The notes beneath the pieces are model-generated. The model saw only the letters and a list, made by a program, of their open reading frames with translations. It did not search any database and had not been told where the DNA came from. The translations under genes were made by a program, and so were the position numbers. Positions 49,635 through 60,000 of a stretch of 60,000 nt of DNA are shown here, one piece after another. This DNA comes from Felis catus (Eukaryota): NCBI RefSeq assembly GCF_018350175.1, contig NC_058368.1, positions 79,796,001 to 79,856,000 of the forward strand, in the 5' to 3' direction. Within the stretch, counting starts at the first letter, position 1. Every line of letters begins with the position of its first letter.

Positions 49635-49861
49635 TTTTATTTTTTTAAATTTTTTTTTCAACGTTTATTTATTTTTGGGACAGAGAGAGACAGAGCATGA
49701 ACGGGGGAGGGGCAGAGAGAGAGGGAGACACAGAATCGGAAACAGGCTCCAGGCTCTGAGCCATCAGCCCAGAGCCCAACGCGGGTCTCGAACTCACGGA
49801 CCGCGAGATCGTGACCTGGCTGAAGTCGGACGCTTAACCGACTGCGCCACCCAGGCACCCC
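49635..49861 (-). mobile_element. Very young felid Can-SINE (SINEC_Fc-like)
   Basis: CpGs largely retained; long tail; perfect 16-bp TSD TAAAGCATCAGATTTT at 49619-49634 and 49862-49877. Confidence 0.97.
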
Positions 49862-51639
49862 TAAAGCATCAGATTTTAAATACCGTCTGTTTGTCGCGGG
49901 GTGCTCCTGACAGAGCAGCTCTTGTGACACCCTGGCCCCTACTATGAGGACCATCAGAGCTCCGTTCTTTCCTCCTTCCCTGTTTCTAACACAAATACCC
50001 GTCCTCTGGACCAGTCTCCAGCTTTATATGTTTTCCTCCAGGGACTCGTTACCGATCTCTGCCTTATAGTGGAGCCACTGAATTGCTGAGCCGGCAGGCG
50101 TCCTGGGAATCGCCGTCTGATGCCTTCGGTTGCAGGTAGAGAAGGACACCTGAGTGCCTGAGACACAAAGTGACCGGTCAAGGCCACACAGCTGGTTAAT
50201 GTCGGGAAGCATCAGCGACAAAACGTCCCCATCCCCGTGCTTCTCAAATGCTTGCTCTCTGGGATTGTTTCCAGAGATGCTCGAATGTTCTACTGACTCC
50301 TAAGAAATCCACGTATATTTGGAGTGTACATCTCAAAGAAATGGGGGTATCTGAGGTAACGTTCTTAGTGCACTAAACCCCAGAAAGGTTCCCAGAAACA
50401 ATAGTTTCCTGCGGAAAAGCACTTCCTCTGCCTGAAGAAGGCTGGGGCGCCTAATGTGACACCAGGCAAGAAGCCACCCAACACCAGGGCCGTGCCGGAG
50501 AGCCGGCTGTGCATGAGCCATTGGCTGCTTCAGAGACCAGAGACCACAGCTCGCTTCTTTAGGTCGGCCACATAGACCCTCTGCCTCCGTATTCTCTTTC
50601 CTCGGTTTTCCATTCAATAAATACAGCCTGGAGGGAGACGGTGTCATGGCAGGGCAGGGGAACCAAGGTTTCTGCTCCTTTAGACGGGGTCCCAATATCT
50701 TAGACTCCCACTCTCCTGCCGACAGTGTTTCGGCACATGACACTGCCACTCGGGTCCCCTTCCCGAGGCGTGGCGCTGGGCTGTGCAGACTCCTTCGTGG
50801 CGCCTGCGGGGAATGTAACCCCAGGTACTCAATCCTGGGCAGCAGCACCGGGGTGGACTTGTCTGCGGTGGACTCTTGACTGGCGCTGGATCGCTCCCCT
50901 TTGCTGCCCACGCTCCGGAGACCTGCCTGATGACCTGGCTTAAGTGGGGACTTGTGTCGTGGGATTCCCAAGTACTGTGTGTGCCTTCCACTAGTAAAAT
51001 AGGTTTCGTGCTAACAGGAGACGGTGCAGTTCACCGACCTGTCATTTTGCTTGTGTCCTCGAGGCCCTTACATTTCACTTGAGGTGCAAAACTGTCCGTT
51101 AGAAGGAAAATTTCTTTTTCGTTCGTAATGCTGATCATGAACAGGTTCTAAGTATGTGCAAAAACCCCATTAAAGCAAAGAGATGACTATGAAAAAAATG
51201 TCTGTATACAGGGGGAAGAGAAGCCACAATCACTAGTTTTGTCTTTGGCTGTTTCAGAATGGCTCGTTTCTGACGCCTGCTGGGACGTCTTCATGTTTGG
51301 TAGAATTTCCCGCCTCTGGGCAAATCCAGGAGTGCGCTGGCTGGATGTTCTGGTAAGAGGATGTCCCACTCTGTGAGCACTGTCTTCCCGAGCATCTGTG
51401 CCAGTCTGTGCTCCCGCCAGCCATGATGGGGGCTCCGCCCACTCCTGTCTTCGCCAGGATTTGGTGCTGTGCTCTCTCCTGTCCACACTTCCGTCTCCCC
51501 GTCGGTGACCTGAGCATCTCTGAGGCCCCTGGGGCCGCATCCGTGAGCCTGTGTTGAGTTCGTCACCTCAGACTGTTTCATGGCACCCCCATGGGGCACG
51601 TTTGCTGCCTGTTAGCAATGGTGAGGGTGGTCTGGGGAC

Positions 51640-51935
51640 CACTGTGGGACGAACTGTGTCCCCCCGCCCCGGCACATTGGATGATGGCTGCCCTCAGAGG
51701 TAGGGCCTTCAAAGAGGTAATTAGGGTAAACTGAGCTCACCTGGGCTGGACTTAATCCAGTATGACTGGTATCCCCAAGAAGGGCAGCTGAGGACACAAG
51801 ACAGAGGGACGGCCACACGAGGACATGGGAAGAAGGCAGCTGTCTGCAAACCATGGAGGGAAGCCTCAGAATGAAGCAGGCCTGCCGGCACCTGGACCTG
51901 AGGGCTCCCGCCCAAGGGTCGCTGTGTGGTCAAAG
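51640..51935 (+). mobile_element. MaLR LTR (MLT1A/B-like), decayed
   Basis: 'gaactgtgtccccc', 'agggccttcaaagaggtaattagggtaaa.tgag', 'taatccagtatgactggt' and 'agaaggcagctgtctgcaa..ca.ggag.gaagcctcagaa'. Confidence 0.82.
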
Positions 51936-53349
51936 GCTGCATGTTGCTGACGTCTGGCCCCTGGGCAGCCAGTCCTGTCTCTGCACGACAGTGACCCCAA
52001 CCTCCATGGTGCCGGGCACGTTACACAGTGCTTTGTCTGCTGAGCCCTCGCAAGGCCAGCCAGGCCTGTTTGAAACGGCAAATGTAACAGTGACAGTTAC
52101 CTCCCTTGTGCTCTTTGCCAGAACCTTCCAGGGCACTGAGGACTTAGGGCTCTCCAAAGCTCCCGGGCCTGAAGCTCCGAGAAACAGGCCACGGTTGTGC
52201 TGGACGCGGACCAAAGCTCCCGCCTGTCTGCCCGGCCGTCAGTCACCTCCTGCAGCATCTCTGCTGGGCCCGGTCACCCTCCTTTCTGCTCTGGCCTGGG
52301 GCCCGGGGACGGGGGCCATGCTCACAGCTGGGCACCCTCAGGCCGATCGCCACCAGGAACGGGGGATGGTCTCAGAACTGACGTCTGCAGTCTGGCTGGG
52401 TCCTCATCGTGCTCAAGGAGACAGAGAAGACACAGTCCTGCACACAGGACGGGGACACTTTCCTGGACTTGTCTGCTAGAATGCCTCCTTTTTGCAGCCA
52501 CAGTGTTTGAGAAATGACAGCTCAGAAGCTCCAGTGCCTTCCAGAAACACCAGCCTCAGAACGGGAGGGGCCGGACCAGCCTCAGAGCGGGGTGCCCAGG
52601 GCCAGGAGCACCCTGGCGCTCTATCCCCCCGCTTTGTGGGGCACGTCTTGTCCCCCTCCACCTGCCTCCCCCCACCCCCCCCCCACACACACACACAGTC
52701 ACTGTAGACACTACTCATTTCCACATACCTATCACGAACGTCGTCAGACCCCAGAAACATGGAAGGCATTACACGGTGCATTACGCCTGTGCTCACCGCC
52801 CGGAGTCCGCAAGTCCTAATTTCTCACACCGTGATCCATTCACCCTCTCTAGCCCTGCGTCCACTCTCCTGTTCGTTATGTATTTCAAAGCAGGTTTCGG
52901 ACGTGAGCGCACCTGCTCCTGGACGCTCGTACCTGTGCATCCTCCGCCAGAGTTCGGTGTCCGTTTACGGCTCTGCTTCAAACCCCACCTTTTGAACGTA
53001 ATGATGTAGGGGGTGATTTTTTCCTTTCAAATCTCACAGCGCTGCTGAGGATGACGGGAAGTGCTCCCGAGAGGAGGAAAATTGGGGCTGGAGCTCCTGT
53101 CTGTGGCAGGAACGCTTCCTGTTCGGCGTTCACACAAGCAGGCTGGGAACTGAATCAGATGCAGGGGATGCGATCCTCCTTAGTATACCTGAGGGGAAGA
53201 GGTCAGAGTCCAGGAGGCCCCGGGGACCGGCCCAGGGCAAGAAGTTCTGTGCAGCTGGGGCCCCAGCCCTGTGTGTCTGCCCCCAGCTCCTTCCTCAAGC
53301 TTTCTTCCCTCTGATGCTTCCCTCTGCTCCCCATCACCCCCCACCCTCA

Positions 53350-53700
53350 TCCGTCTCTCTCTGTATCTCTCTGTGTGTCTCTCTTTTTCCATCTGTCTCT
53401 ATCTTTGTCTCTTTCTTCCTCTCTCCCTCCTTCTGTCTCACTCCATGTCTCTGTCTCTGTGTCTCTTCTCTCTGTCTTTCTCTGTCTCTCTGTTCCTCAC
53501 TCCCCTGCCCCTATCTCTCTTCCCTCCCTCTGTCTGTCTCTTTCTGTCTCTCCGTGTCTGTGTCTCTGTGTCTCTCCTTCCCTCCGTCTCTTTCTGTCTC
53601 TCCGTGTCTGTGTCTCTGTGTCTCTCCTTCCCTCCCTCTGTCTCTCTCTCTCTCTGTATCTTTCTGTGGCTCTTTCTGTCTCTCTTCCTCCCCCCTCCCC
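53350..53700. repeat. CT/CTGT-rich low-complexity tract
   Basis: Pyrimidine-rich; the unit 'tctttctgtctctccgtgtctgtgtctctgtgtctctccttccctcc' recurs at 50-bp spacing. Confidence 0.95.
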
Positions 53701-54682
53701 CGCCCCAGTGTGACTTACTCCCTGCACTGTCCCGGACCCTTGCGCCCCATGAACTGGCATCTGACACCTCCATGGTAACACAAAAACGTAAGTTGAACCA
53801 ACACAAGAACACGGAGAATGAAGTAATTGGGGGATTTCTGTGCGAATTTAAGAGTTGGCACCAGAAACAATGAAATCTGAGAAAGTGACTTCACTAGATA
53901 GTAATTTTGCTTTAGGGAAACCACAATAGCAACAGGGCTCGTGAAATCCTCTGTGGGCTCTCACCGGTGTCATGACACGAGCCGTGTGGCAAGGACCCCG
54001 GTCGAGGTGCCCATGAGCCTGCAAACAGAGGGGCAGTGGGACCCTACGGCCCCTTGTTTCTGGGCTCCCTGTGCCTGGGGAAGAAGCCCACCACCCACAG
54101 ATGACTATTCTTGGAAGAACCTCCCGCGGAGCCACGGGGAGCTGGAGTCACTGTCCCCTTTGTCCCCTGCTCCCAGAGGGCCCTCTGGGACTAACGTCAT
54201 GATGCCCGGCTCTATGGGGTCTTCTGGCACCTTCCAGGGGGCAGAGCTGCTCCTGTGGCCATTCCCCCCACCCCGCGTGCGCACCTGCCCCCACTGGCTC
54301 CTGAGGCCCCTGTAGGGTACACCCCCCCCAGACACCGTGGGGCCCTGGCGGCCTCAGCCTCAGCCCCTGGAGACGTGCCTTGGGCGGCTCACTCACTTGA
54401 GGCCTCTCCCCTAATCACCCCACATCCCCCCCTGCACCCCCAACCCCACGGCCATGCTCGAGGCCCCGCCAGGGCTGGGGACACTGCACCAGGGACAGTG
54501 GGAATTATTCTGGTTCTCCAGAGCCCTGGGAGTGTCTTGTCACCCAGCCGCCTCCTTCCTGCCAGGGGGTCCCTCAGGCATGGCTGTCTCTGGGGGCCAT
54601 GACCAGGTCATCCCCTACCGCCAGGCAGCCCCTCAACGCCCTGTCCCCAGTGGTCCCAGCTGCCCCACAGAGTCCCAGCAGG

Positions 54683-54684
<2 letters not shown>

Positions 54685-54716
<32 letters not shown>
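54685..54716. repeat. (TG)16 microsatellite
   Basis: Perfect dinucleotide run. Confidence 0.98.
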
Positions 54717-54718
<2 letters not shown>

Positions 54719-55277
54719 CTGCCATACGCCGAAGCAAGCACGGCCACCAGAAATTCAAGGCCATCAGCGTCGGCCGGAACCCCCTGTGAGGAGCAGGTCC
54801 GAGAACCTCCACGCGGGCACTGACTTAGGGACTTGAGCGGCTTGAGGACCGGGGCAGAGGTCACATGGTAGTGAGCCGATCTCACGAGCTGGGCACTACA
54901 CTGCCCGTTACTAAGTGCCCTCTGGCACGGCCCCTGGGTCCGGCTGCCCATCCCTGCTCGCATGTTAGAGCCCCCAGCCGCCTCCGCGGTGCTCTTCCTG
55001 GACGGCCTGCTCTTATGTTCCCGCTGAGAGGGACTGTCCACTTAGCTCCCACGTCAGAGAAAGAGCCCGCCGTCACCACCCTTGTCAGACACCATCCTGC
55101 AGGCATTAAAATACCATGTTTACATTCGACTTCCCTTGCTTCTATCTGTCTGACTTCCAGACATAGGCCTCGGGGCTGAGGGGAGGCACGCCGGCCGTGT
55201 GTGCCTCACCTGTACCTCGCCCAGCACCTGGCCTAGCGCCCGTGCCTGGCAGGCACTTGTGAAACACGTGTTGGAAA

Positions 55278-55512
55278 GGGGCCCTGGGGTGGCTCCTTCA
55301 GTTGAGTGTCCAGCTCTTGATTTCGGCTCAGATCATGATCTCCAAGTCGTGGGATCGAGCCCCGTGTGGGGCTCAGTGCAGAGTGGCGAGTCTGCTTGGG
55401 ATTCTCTCTCCCTCTCTCTCTCTGCTCCCCGCCTACTTCCTTGCTCTCTCTCTCTCTCTCTCTCTCTCAAAATAATAATAAATAAACTTTAAACAACATT
55501 TAAAAAAAAAAA
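55278..55512 (+). mobile_element. Can-SINE (older 'ctcttgat' type)
   Basis: Head 'ggggccctggggtggctc', CT tract, A-rich tail. Confidence 0.93.
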
Positions 55513-56835
55513 GAATGGTAAAAAAGAAAAAGCAACAGTACTGATCACTGACAGACCACAGGTATGGCTACACCCTCCACCCGTCTCCTCCTGTCACCCC
55601 AGCACAGCACACAGGTGAGCCTGCCCCATGGCCTGCCATCTCCAGCTGGAGCAGAGGAGGCATCGCGTTGTGGCATCCAGAATCCTGCCCCCACACTCCC
55701 TCCTCTGGGTTTTCTGGCAGGACCCCGAAACTGGGGAATCACAGCTCCTCGGTGCAGGCAGCCGTCGCTGTGGGTGCTTTGTGGTCTCAGTAACCAGAAA
55801 TCAACAGAAAGCATGGCCGGGCTATGTCGGGCACAGATTCCAGCACGTTTCAGGGCCAAGGGCTGATGGTGGAAATCCGTGCCTTCACCTCCCTCTGTCT
55901 GTCTGTGTCCCTGTCTGTCTGTCTTAATCTCTCACATCCCGTCATTCTCGCCCCATTTTTAAATCTACTTATTTTTTACCTATCAACCGAATACCACCCT
56001 CTGCCAGCGATTACCAAGATTGTAATCGTGATGAACCACTGATTCACAGCCACCTTAGTGAAATTAACCCAGCCCGGGAAATTAGTGATGCATCGGGCCG
56101 ACATCTCCAAATCGGCCCCGCCAAACACAGTTCTGCAGAACCTCAGACGAGCTCAGGTTTTCTGAGGAGAAATCAGAGAGTGAGATTATTTAGTCTGAAA
56201 ATAAATGCTGTGAAGTCGTTCAATAGCTTCAAGCATCATGAAGCCTTCCGACTCGGTTTCCATGGAAGACGGACCCGAGGAAATAAATTTCTGTGTCCGA
56301 GTGATGCGGAGAGCAGGCCGTGCCCGGGATGGGGAGGGAGGCCCCTGCGCCCGGCCGAATGTCGTGGGCTCTCATGCCCTCTCTCTGCCTAAACTTTGGG
56401 TTTTGTTTCTGTTCCCTGGGTAGTTTTAAAATTACTAAATACACACGCCTGTTGTGCATTTTCCAGACACAAACTGATTAGCGTGTTTGGGAAAGTACAC
56501 ATGTTCCCTCCTCTACAAGCACACGGGAGGGCGTCCTGTACTCTTGTGCAACCTGCTGTTTCCTTTAACCACATACGTGAGGCACCTGTACAGACCGTTG
56601 CGCACGGTGTTACCTCATCGTTGGATGGCACAGACCCTCACGCCCAGGTATGCGCCTCTCCCCTCACCATGGCTCTGTCGGACACAGCTTTGTGATCTTT
56701 CCATTGTTTACAGAACTCATGCCCTATCTGCACACTTACGTGAGTGTGTCCATAGAATAAGTTCCTAGGAATGAAAATAAATTCCTAGAGAGGGAATAAC
56801 CGGATGAAAAGCAAGTCTATTTTTAACCCCCGTGG

Positions 56836-57054
56836 TTTTTTTTTAAGTTTTAGTTATTTATTTTAAGAGAGGGAGCAAGAGAGAGCATGAGCAGGGGAGG
56901 GGCCGAGAGATAGAGAGGGAGAGAGAGAATCCCAAGCAGGCTCCACGCTGTCAGCACAGAGCCCAACATGGGGCTCGAACTCACGAACTGAGATCGTGAC
57001 CTGAGCTGGAACCAAGAGTCGGCCGCTTAACCACCTGAGCCTCCCAGACACTCC
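56836..57054 (-). mobile_element. Can-SINE
   Basis: Antisense body; degenerate TSD ACCCC..GGTTTT on both sides. Confidence 0.93.
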
Positions 57055-57106
57055 ACCCCTGGGGTTTTGAGTAAACCTTTGTGTCTTCAGATGACACTTA
57101 CATGAA

Positions 57107-57278
57107 GCAGGGGTTCTCACAGGGAGCCACAGAGAAGGCCGCTAAACAGGTGGCTGGGTCTCCGCTCCTCAGAGCTGCTCATCTGGAAGGCCCGGGCTGT
57201 GACCCTGGAACCCACATCGGGGAGGAGCTCCCAGCTGATGCCGATGCTGGTCCGGGGACCACACGTGGGGAGCCAGTG
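57107..57278 (-). mobile_element. MER5A-like DNA transposon relic
   Basis: 'caggggttctca' start and 'ctcccagctgatgccgatgctggtccggggaccacac' end match the MER5A reverse complement. Confidence 0.75.
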
Positions 57279-58522
57279 AGTGAAACCATCTGCTTGCTTT
57301 CGAGAAGAAGGAAGAAATGAACTCTGGGGGCCAGAGGTGGTGTCCTCTCTTTTCTGAATGCCCTGCCCTTGCCCACCGGGGTGAGAGGGAAGGCGGGTCA
57401 CCGGGGAGAGGCCCACCGTCACTCTGCACTCCAGAATCTGTGCATTTCAAGCCCTCCCCCCACACTCCCAGCACGCCTACTCCTTCTCAGGAGCCGTCCA
57501 GCACCTTGTGGCTTCCGGTGATATTTGTTTAGCAAGCCCTCTGTGGATTTGTCTTCACGCCTTTTTAATGACGCTCGAGACGGGTAACTGCCACCACCAG
57601 CACCATGAAGAGCCTTGTGTGCCTGGCACACAGTTCCCATGATATCTTAGAAAAGTGTCTTCTCCAACCCCCCCCCCCCCGACTATGGCACGAATACTCA
57701 CACACGGAGCGCCCTCTTGCACTTTCTATGAAAAGCTGTCACAGCCTGCCAAGGTCACGGCCACGGTGAGATTAGCCCACAGTGTACTAGCCTGTTTGCA
57801 TTTCCTAGATGTGATATTTTAAACAACAGGACAGGAGCCATGGGTGGGAGGGATGAGGACACAGGGCTGCCGGGGCGTGTGGCCCACTGGACACTCACCA
57901 AGGGGGTTCAGAGGAGGTCAACCCAAAGTCCCTCGGCACACAGGGCACAACTACCCACTGTACCCCTACTTGAGAAGAACGAGCCACTCACACTCAAGTC
58001 CTATGTCCCGAGGCTCAGGCAGGCTCACCCCCTTTTCAGGACCTACCCACCAGGCCACTGGGATGACCCCCACTGTGCCTCCGCATCAGTTGTCTTCACG
58101 GGCCCCTACGTGCTGTAAAGCTCGGCACCTGTCAGCCTTGTTCATTCTATTTCTCGTGACTGCAACAGATGTTGAACTTATTTGATTACAAGCAATATTG
58201 GGACAGTATTTCCATGTCTTCACACTCACTCATGGCTTCCTGTGCAAGGACCTTCATCGGCCCACGTGATAGAGGCCATGGCCGAAACTGGAAGAAGTTA
58301 TACAAGTTTTTTCTGAGGAGACCCAGCTGGAGAGTGAAAGATTCCATTCCAAACCCTACTTCTGGGCTTTTCTATCACTGTGTCTCACTGGCTCCCTCTG
58401 TGTCTGTTAATGAGTGTGATTATTTGTAACAAGTAGCTGACCAAGAACTTCAATGTGCCAGGTAACTGCTAAGAAACACAAGCTACCACAGGGGGTACCG
58501 ACCTTGAAGACAGGTCTTTCCA

Positions 58523-58733
58523 TGGGGCACCTGGGTGGTTCCGCGGGTTAGGCATCCGACTTCAGCTCCGGTCATGATCTCATGGTTCCTGGGTCCGAGC
58601 CCCGCGTTGGGCTCTGTGCCAACAACTCAGAGCCTGGAGCTGCTTCAGATTCTGTCTCCCTCTCTCTCTCTGCCCCTCCCCCACTCATGCTCTGTCTCTC
58701 AAAAATGAATAAATGTTAAAAAAAATTATAAAA
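58523..58733 (+). mobile_element. Can-SINE
   Basis: Full body; perfect 17-bp TSD GAAGACAGGTCTTTCCA at 58506-58522 and 58734-58750. Confidence 0.97.
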
Positions 58734-59384
58734 GAAGACAGGTCTTTCCAGCACCTTCACTGCACAGGCGGTCAGACTGAGGCCCCAGGGTCTAGCACCC
58801 CTTCCCACTGGCAGGTGACCTAGCCAGACTCCCTGCTGGGTCCGGTGATCCACAGGCAAGTGCCAACCACTGGTTTCTCTGGAAGCCAGCCTGGCCTACA
58901 GACTACAGAGAGAGGAGAGAGGAGCCCATGACCAGTCGGGAAGTACTCGCTGCAGAGCTAAGTTCTGACCTGAGACTGGCAGTGGACGGGGCCTCCGAGG
59001 ACAGACTGCCTAGCTCCGGACGCACGGTGGTCCATATGTGGTCTTGTTATGTGGTTGGGGGCTGACCTCTGCCCATGAGTACGTAGTTTACTTGCAGGGG
59101 CAGAAGTGACACCGATGTGAAGAGCGCCCCGTCGAGAAACAGCATGTGGAATGGGTACGCAAGAGAGGGCTGGCTGGGGTGCCCCGCTGTGGGGGGCAGC
59201 CGGGAAGGCGTGGGCTGGGCCCTGCCCATGGCAAACCTCCAGCACCGCCCCACAGGCTCTCCAGACCCCACACGGACCCTGGGAGTGGCCTCTGAAACCC
59301 GGGCGCCCAGGGCTGGACCACACTGCTAACCAGACCCCAGAAGCCCGAGGTGCCTGGCGCTGTGTGGTCAGCGGTTGCGGCTGG

Positions 59385-59943
59385 GTCCAGGCCCCAGGGT
59401 CTGCTCCCTGCTCCCTGCTCCAGCTCCAGGATCCAGGATCCCAGGTCCCAGCTCCCTGCTCCCAGCTCCCTGCTCCCAGGTCCCAGCGCCCAGATCCCAG
59501 CTCTCAGCTCCCTGCTCCTGCCTCCCAGGTCCCAGGACCCAGGTCCCAGGTCCCAGCTCCCTGCTCCCTGCTCCCAGGTCTCAGCTCCCAGCTCCCTGCT
59601 CCCAGCTTCCAGCTCCCTGCTCCCTGCTCCCAGCTCCCGGCTCCAGTCTCTTCATGAGGACCGAGGGCCCTGGAGAGGGTGTGGGTGGAGTACCTTGCTT
59701 CAGTCCCGTAGGCAGCCGCTTGGAGCTGGGAGCTGGGAGCTGGGAGCCAGGAGCTGGGAGCTGGGAGCCAGGAGCTGGGAGCTGGGAGTAAGGAGCAGGG
59801 AGCTGGGACATGGGACCTGGGACCTGGCTCCAGTCTCCCAGGTCCCAGGTCCCAGGTCCCTGCTCCCTGCTCCCAGCTCTCAGCTCCTTACTCCCAGCTC
59901 CCAGCTCCTGGCTCCCAGCTCCCAGCTCCCAGCTCCCAGCTCC
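59385..59943. repeat. Heptamer minisatellite (CTCCCAG/CTCCCTG/GTCCCAG) in three blocks of alternating orientation
   Basis: C-rich block at about 59385-59640, G-rich block at 59722-59827, C-rich block at 59838-59943. Confidence 0.95.
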
Positions 59944-60000
59944 AAGCAGCTGCCCAGGGGACTGAAGCAAGGTGCTCCACCCACACCCTCTCCAGGGCCC
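59665..60000. repeat. Long inverted repeat (163-bp arms, 10-nt spacer), open at the window edge
   Basis: 59665-59827 versus the reverse complement of 59838-60000: 19 mismatches in an ungapped manual alignment. Confidence 0.95.

Noticed and set aside
50333..50971. 212-aa minus-strand ORF
   Set aside because: GC-rich sequence with few stop codons; no recognisable homology and similar ORFs on both strands.
51853..52479. 208-aa plus-strand ORF
   Set aside because: It starts inside an MLT1 LTR and continues through GC-rich DNA; no recognisable protein features.
53271..53873. 200-aa Leu/Ser-rich ORF and its Arg/Glu-rich antisense ORFs
   Set aside because: Translations of the CT-rich low-complexity tract.
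59722..59943. Immunoglobulin class-switch region
   Set aside because: It shares AGCT-rich, G-rich character, but the unit is a heptamer, the block is short and inverted, and no Ig exons are visible.
59151..59970. Pro/Ala/Ser repeat ORFs (PAPCSQL and GAGSWEL repeats)
   Set aside because: Translations of the heptamer satellite; open on both strands because the unit lacks stop codons.
1..60000. CRISPR arrays, operons or a novel multi-gene system
   Set aside because: The DNA is mammalian, repeat-rich and non-coding as far as I can see; there is no repeat-spacer array or gene cluster.

Overview
This is mammalian genomic DNA, almost certainly from a felid: it is full of cat-type Can-SINEs (SINEC_Fc-like) and carnivore LINE-1 3' ends. 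I recognise no host protein-coding exon. The only protein-like ORF is a decayed LINE-1 ORF2 fragment at about 20.4-21.4 kb; the other long ORFs come from SINEs, microsatellites or GC-rich chance. The window is intronic or intergenic and becomes more GC/CpG-rich towards the right end. It holds about 21 Can-SINEs (many with visible target-site duplications), young and ancient L1 pieces, MLT1/MLT2 LTRs, MER5A, MIR and L2 relics, and several complex simple repeats. Non-routine observations: (1) a symmetric ~336-bp palindrome (163-bp arms, 10-nt loop) inside a GGGAGCT/CTCCCAG heptamer satellite, running off the right edge; (2) a candidate minus-strand promoter and first exon at about 46.4-46.7 kb (GC box, TATA, CpG cluster, splice donor) with possible downstream micro-exons; (3) candidate plus-strand non-coding exons at about 48.2-48.7 kb; (4) SINE rearrangements (a tail-to-tail fusion, an insertion into another SINE's TSD, a close inverted pair); (5) compact transcription-factor motif clusters. 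None of this is evidence of a new biological system; these are hypotheses for checking. Repeat family names were assigned by eye from remembered consensus sequences and need RepeatMasker/Dfam confirmation.
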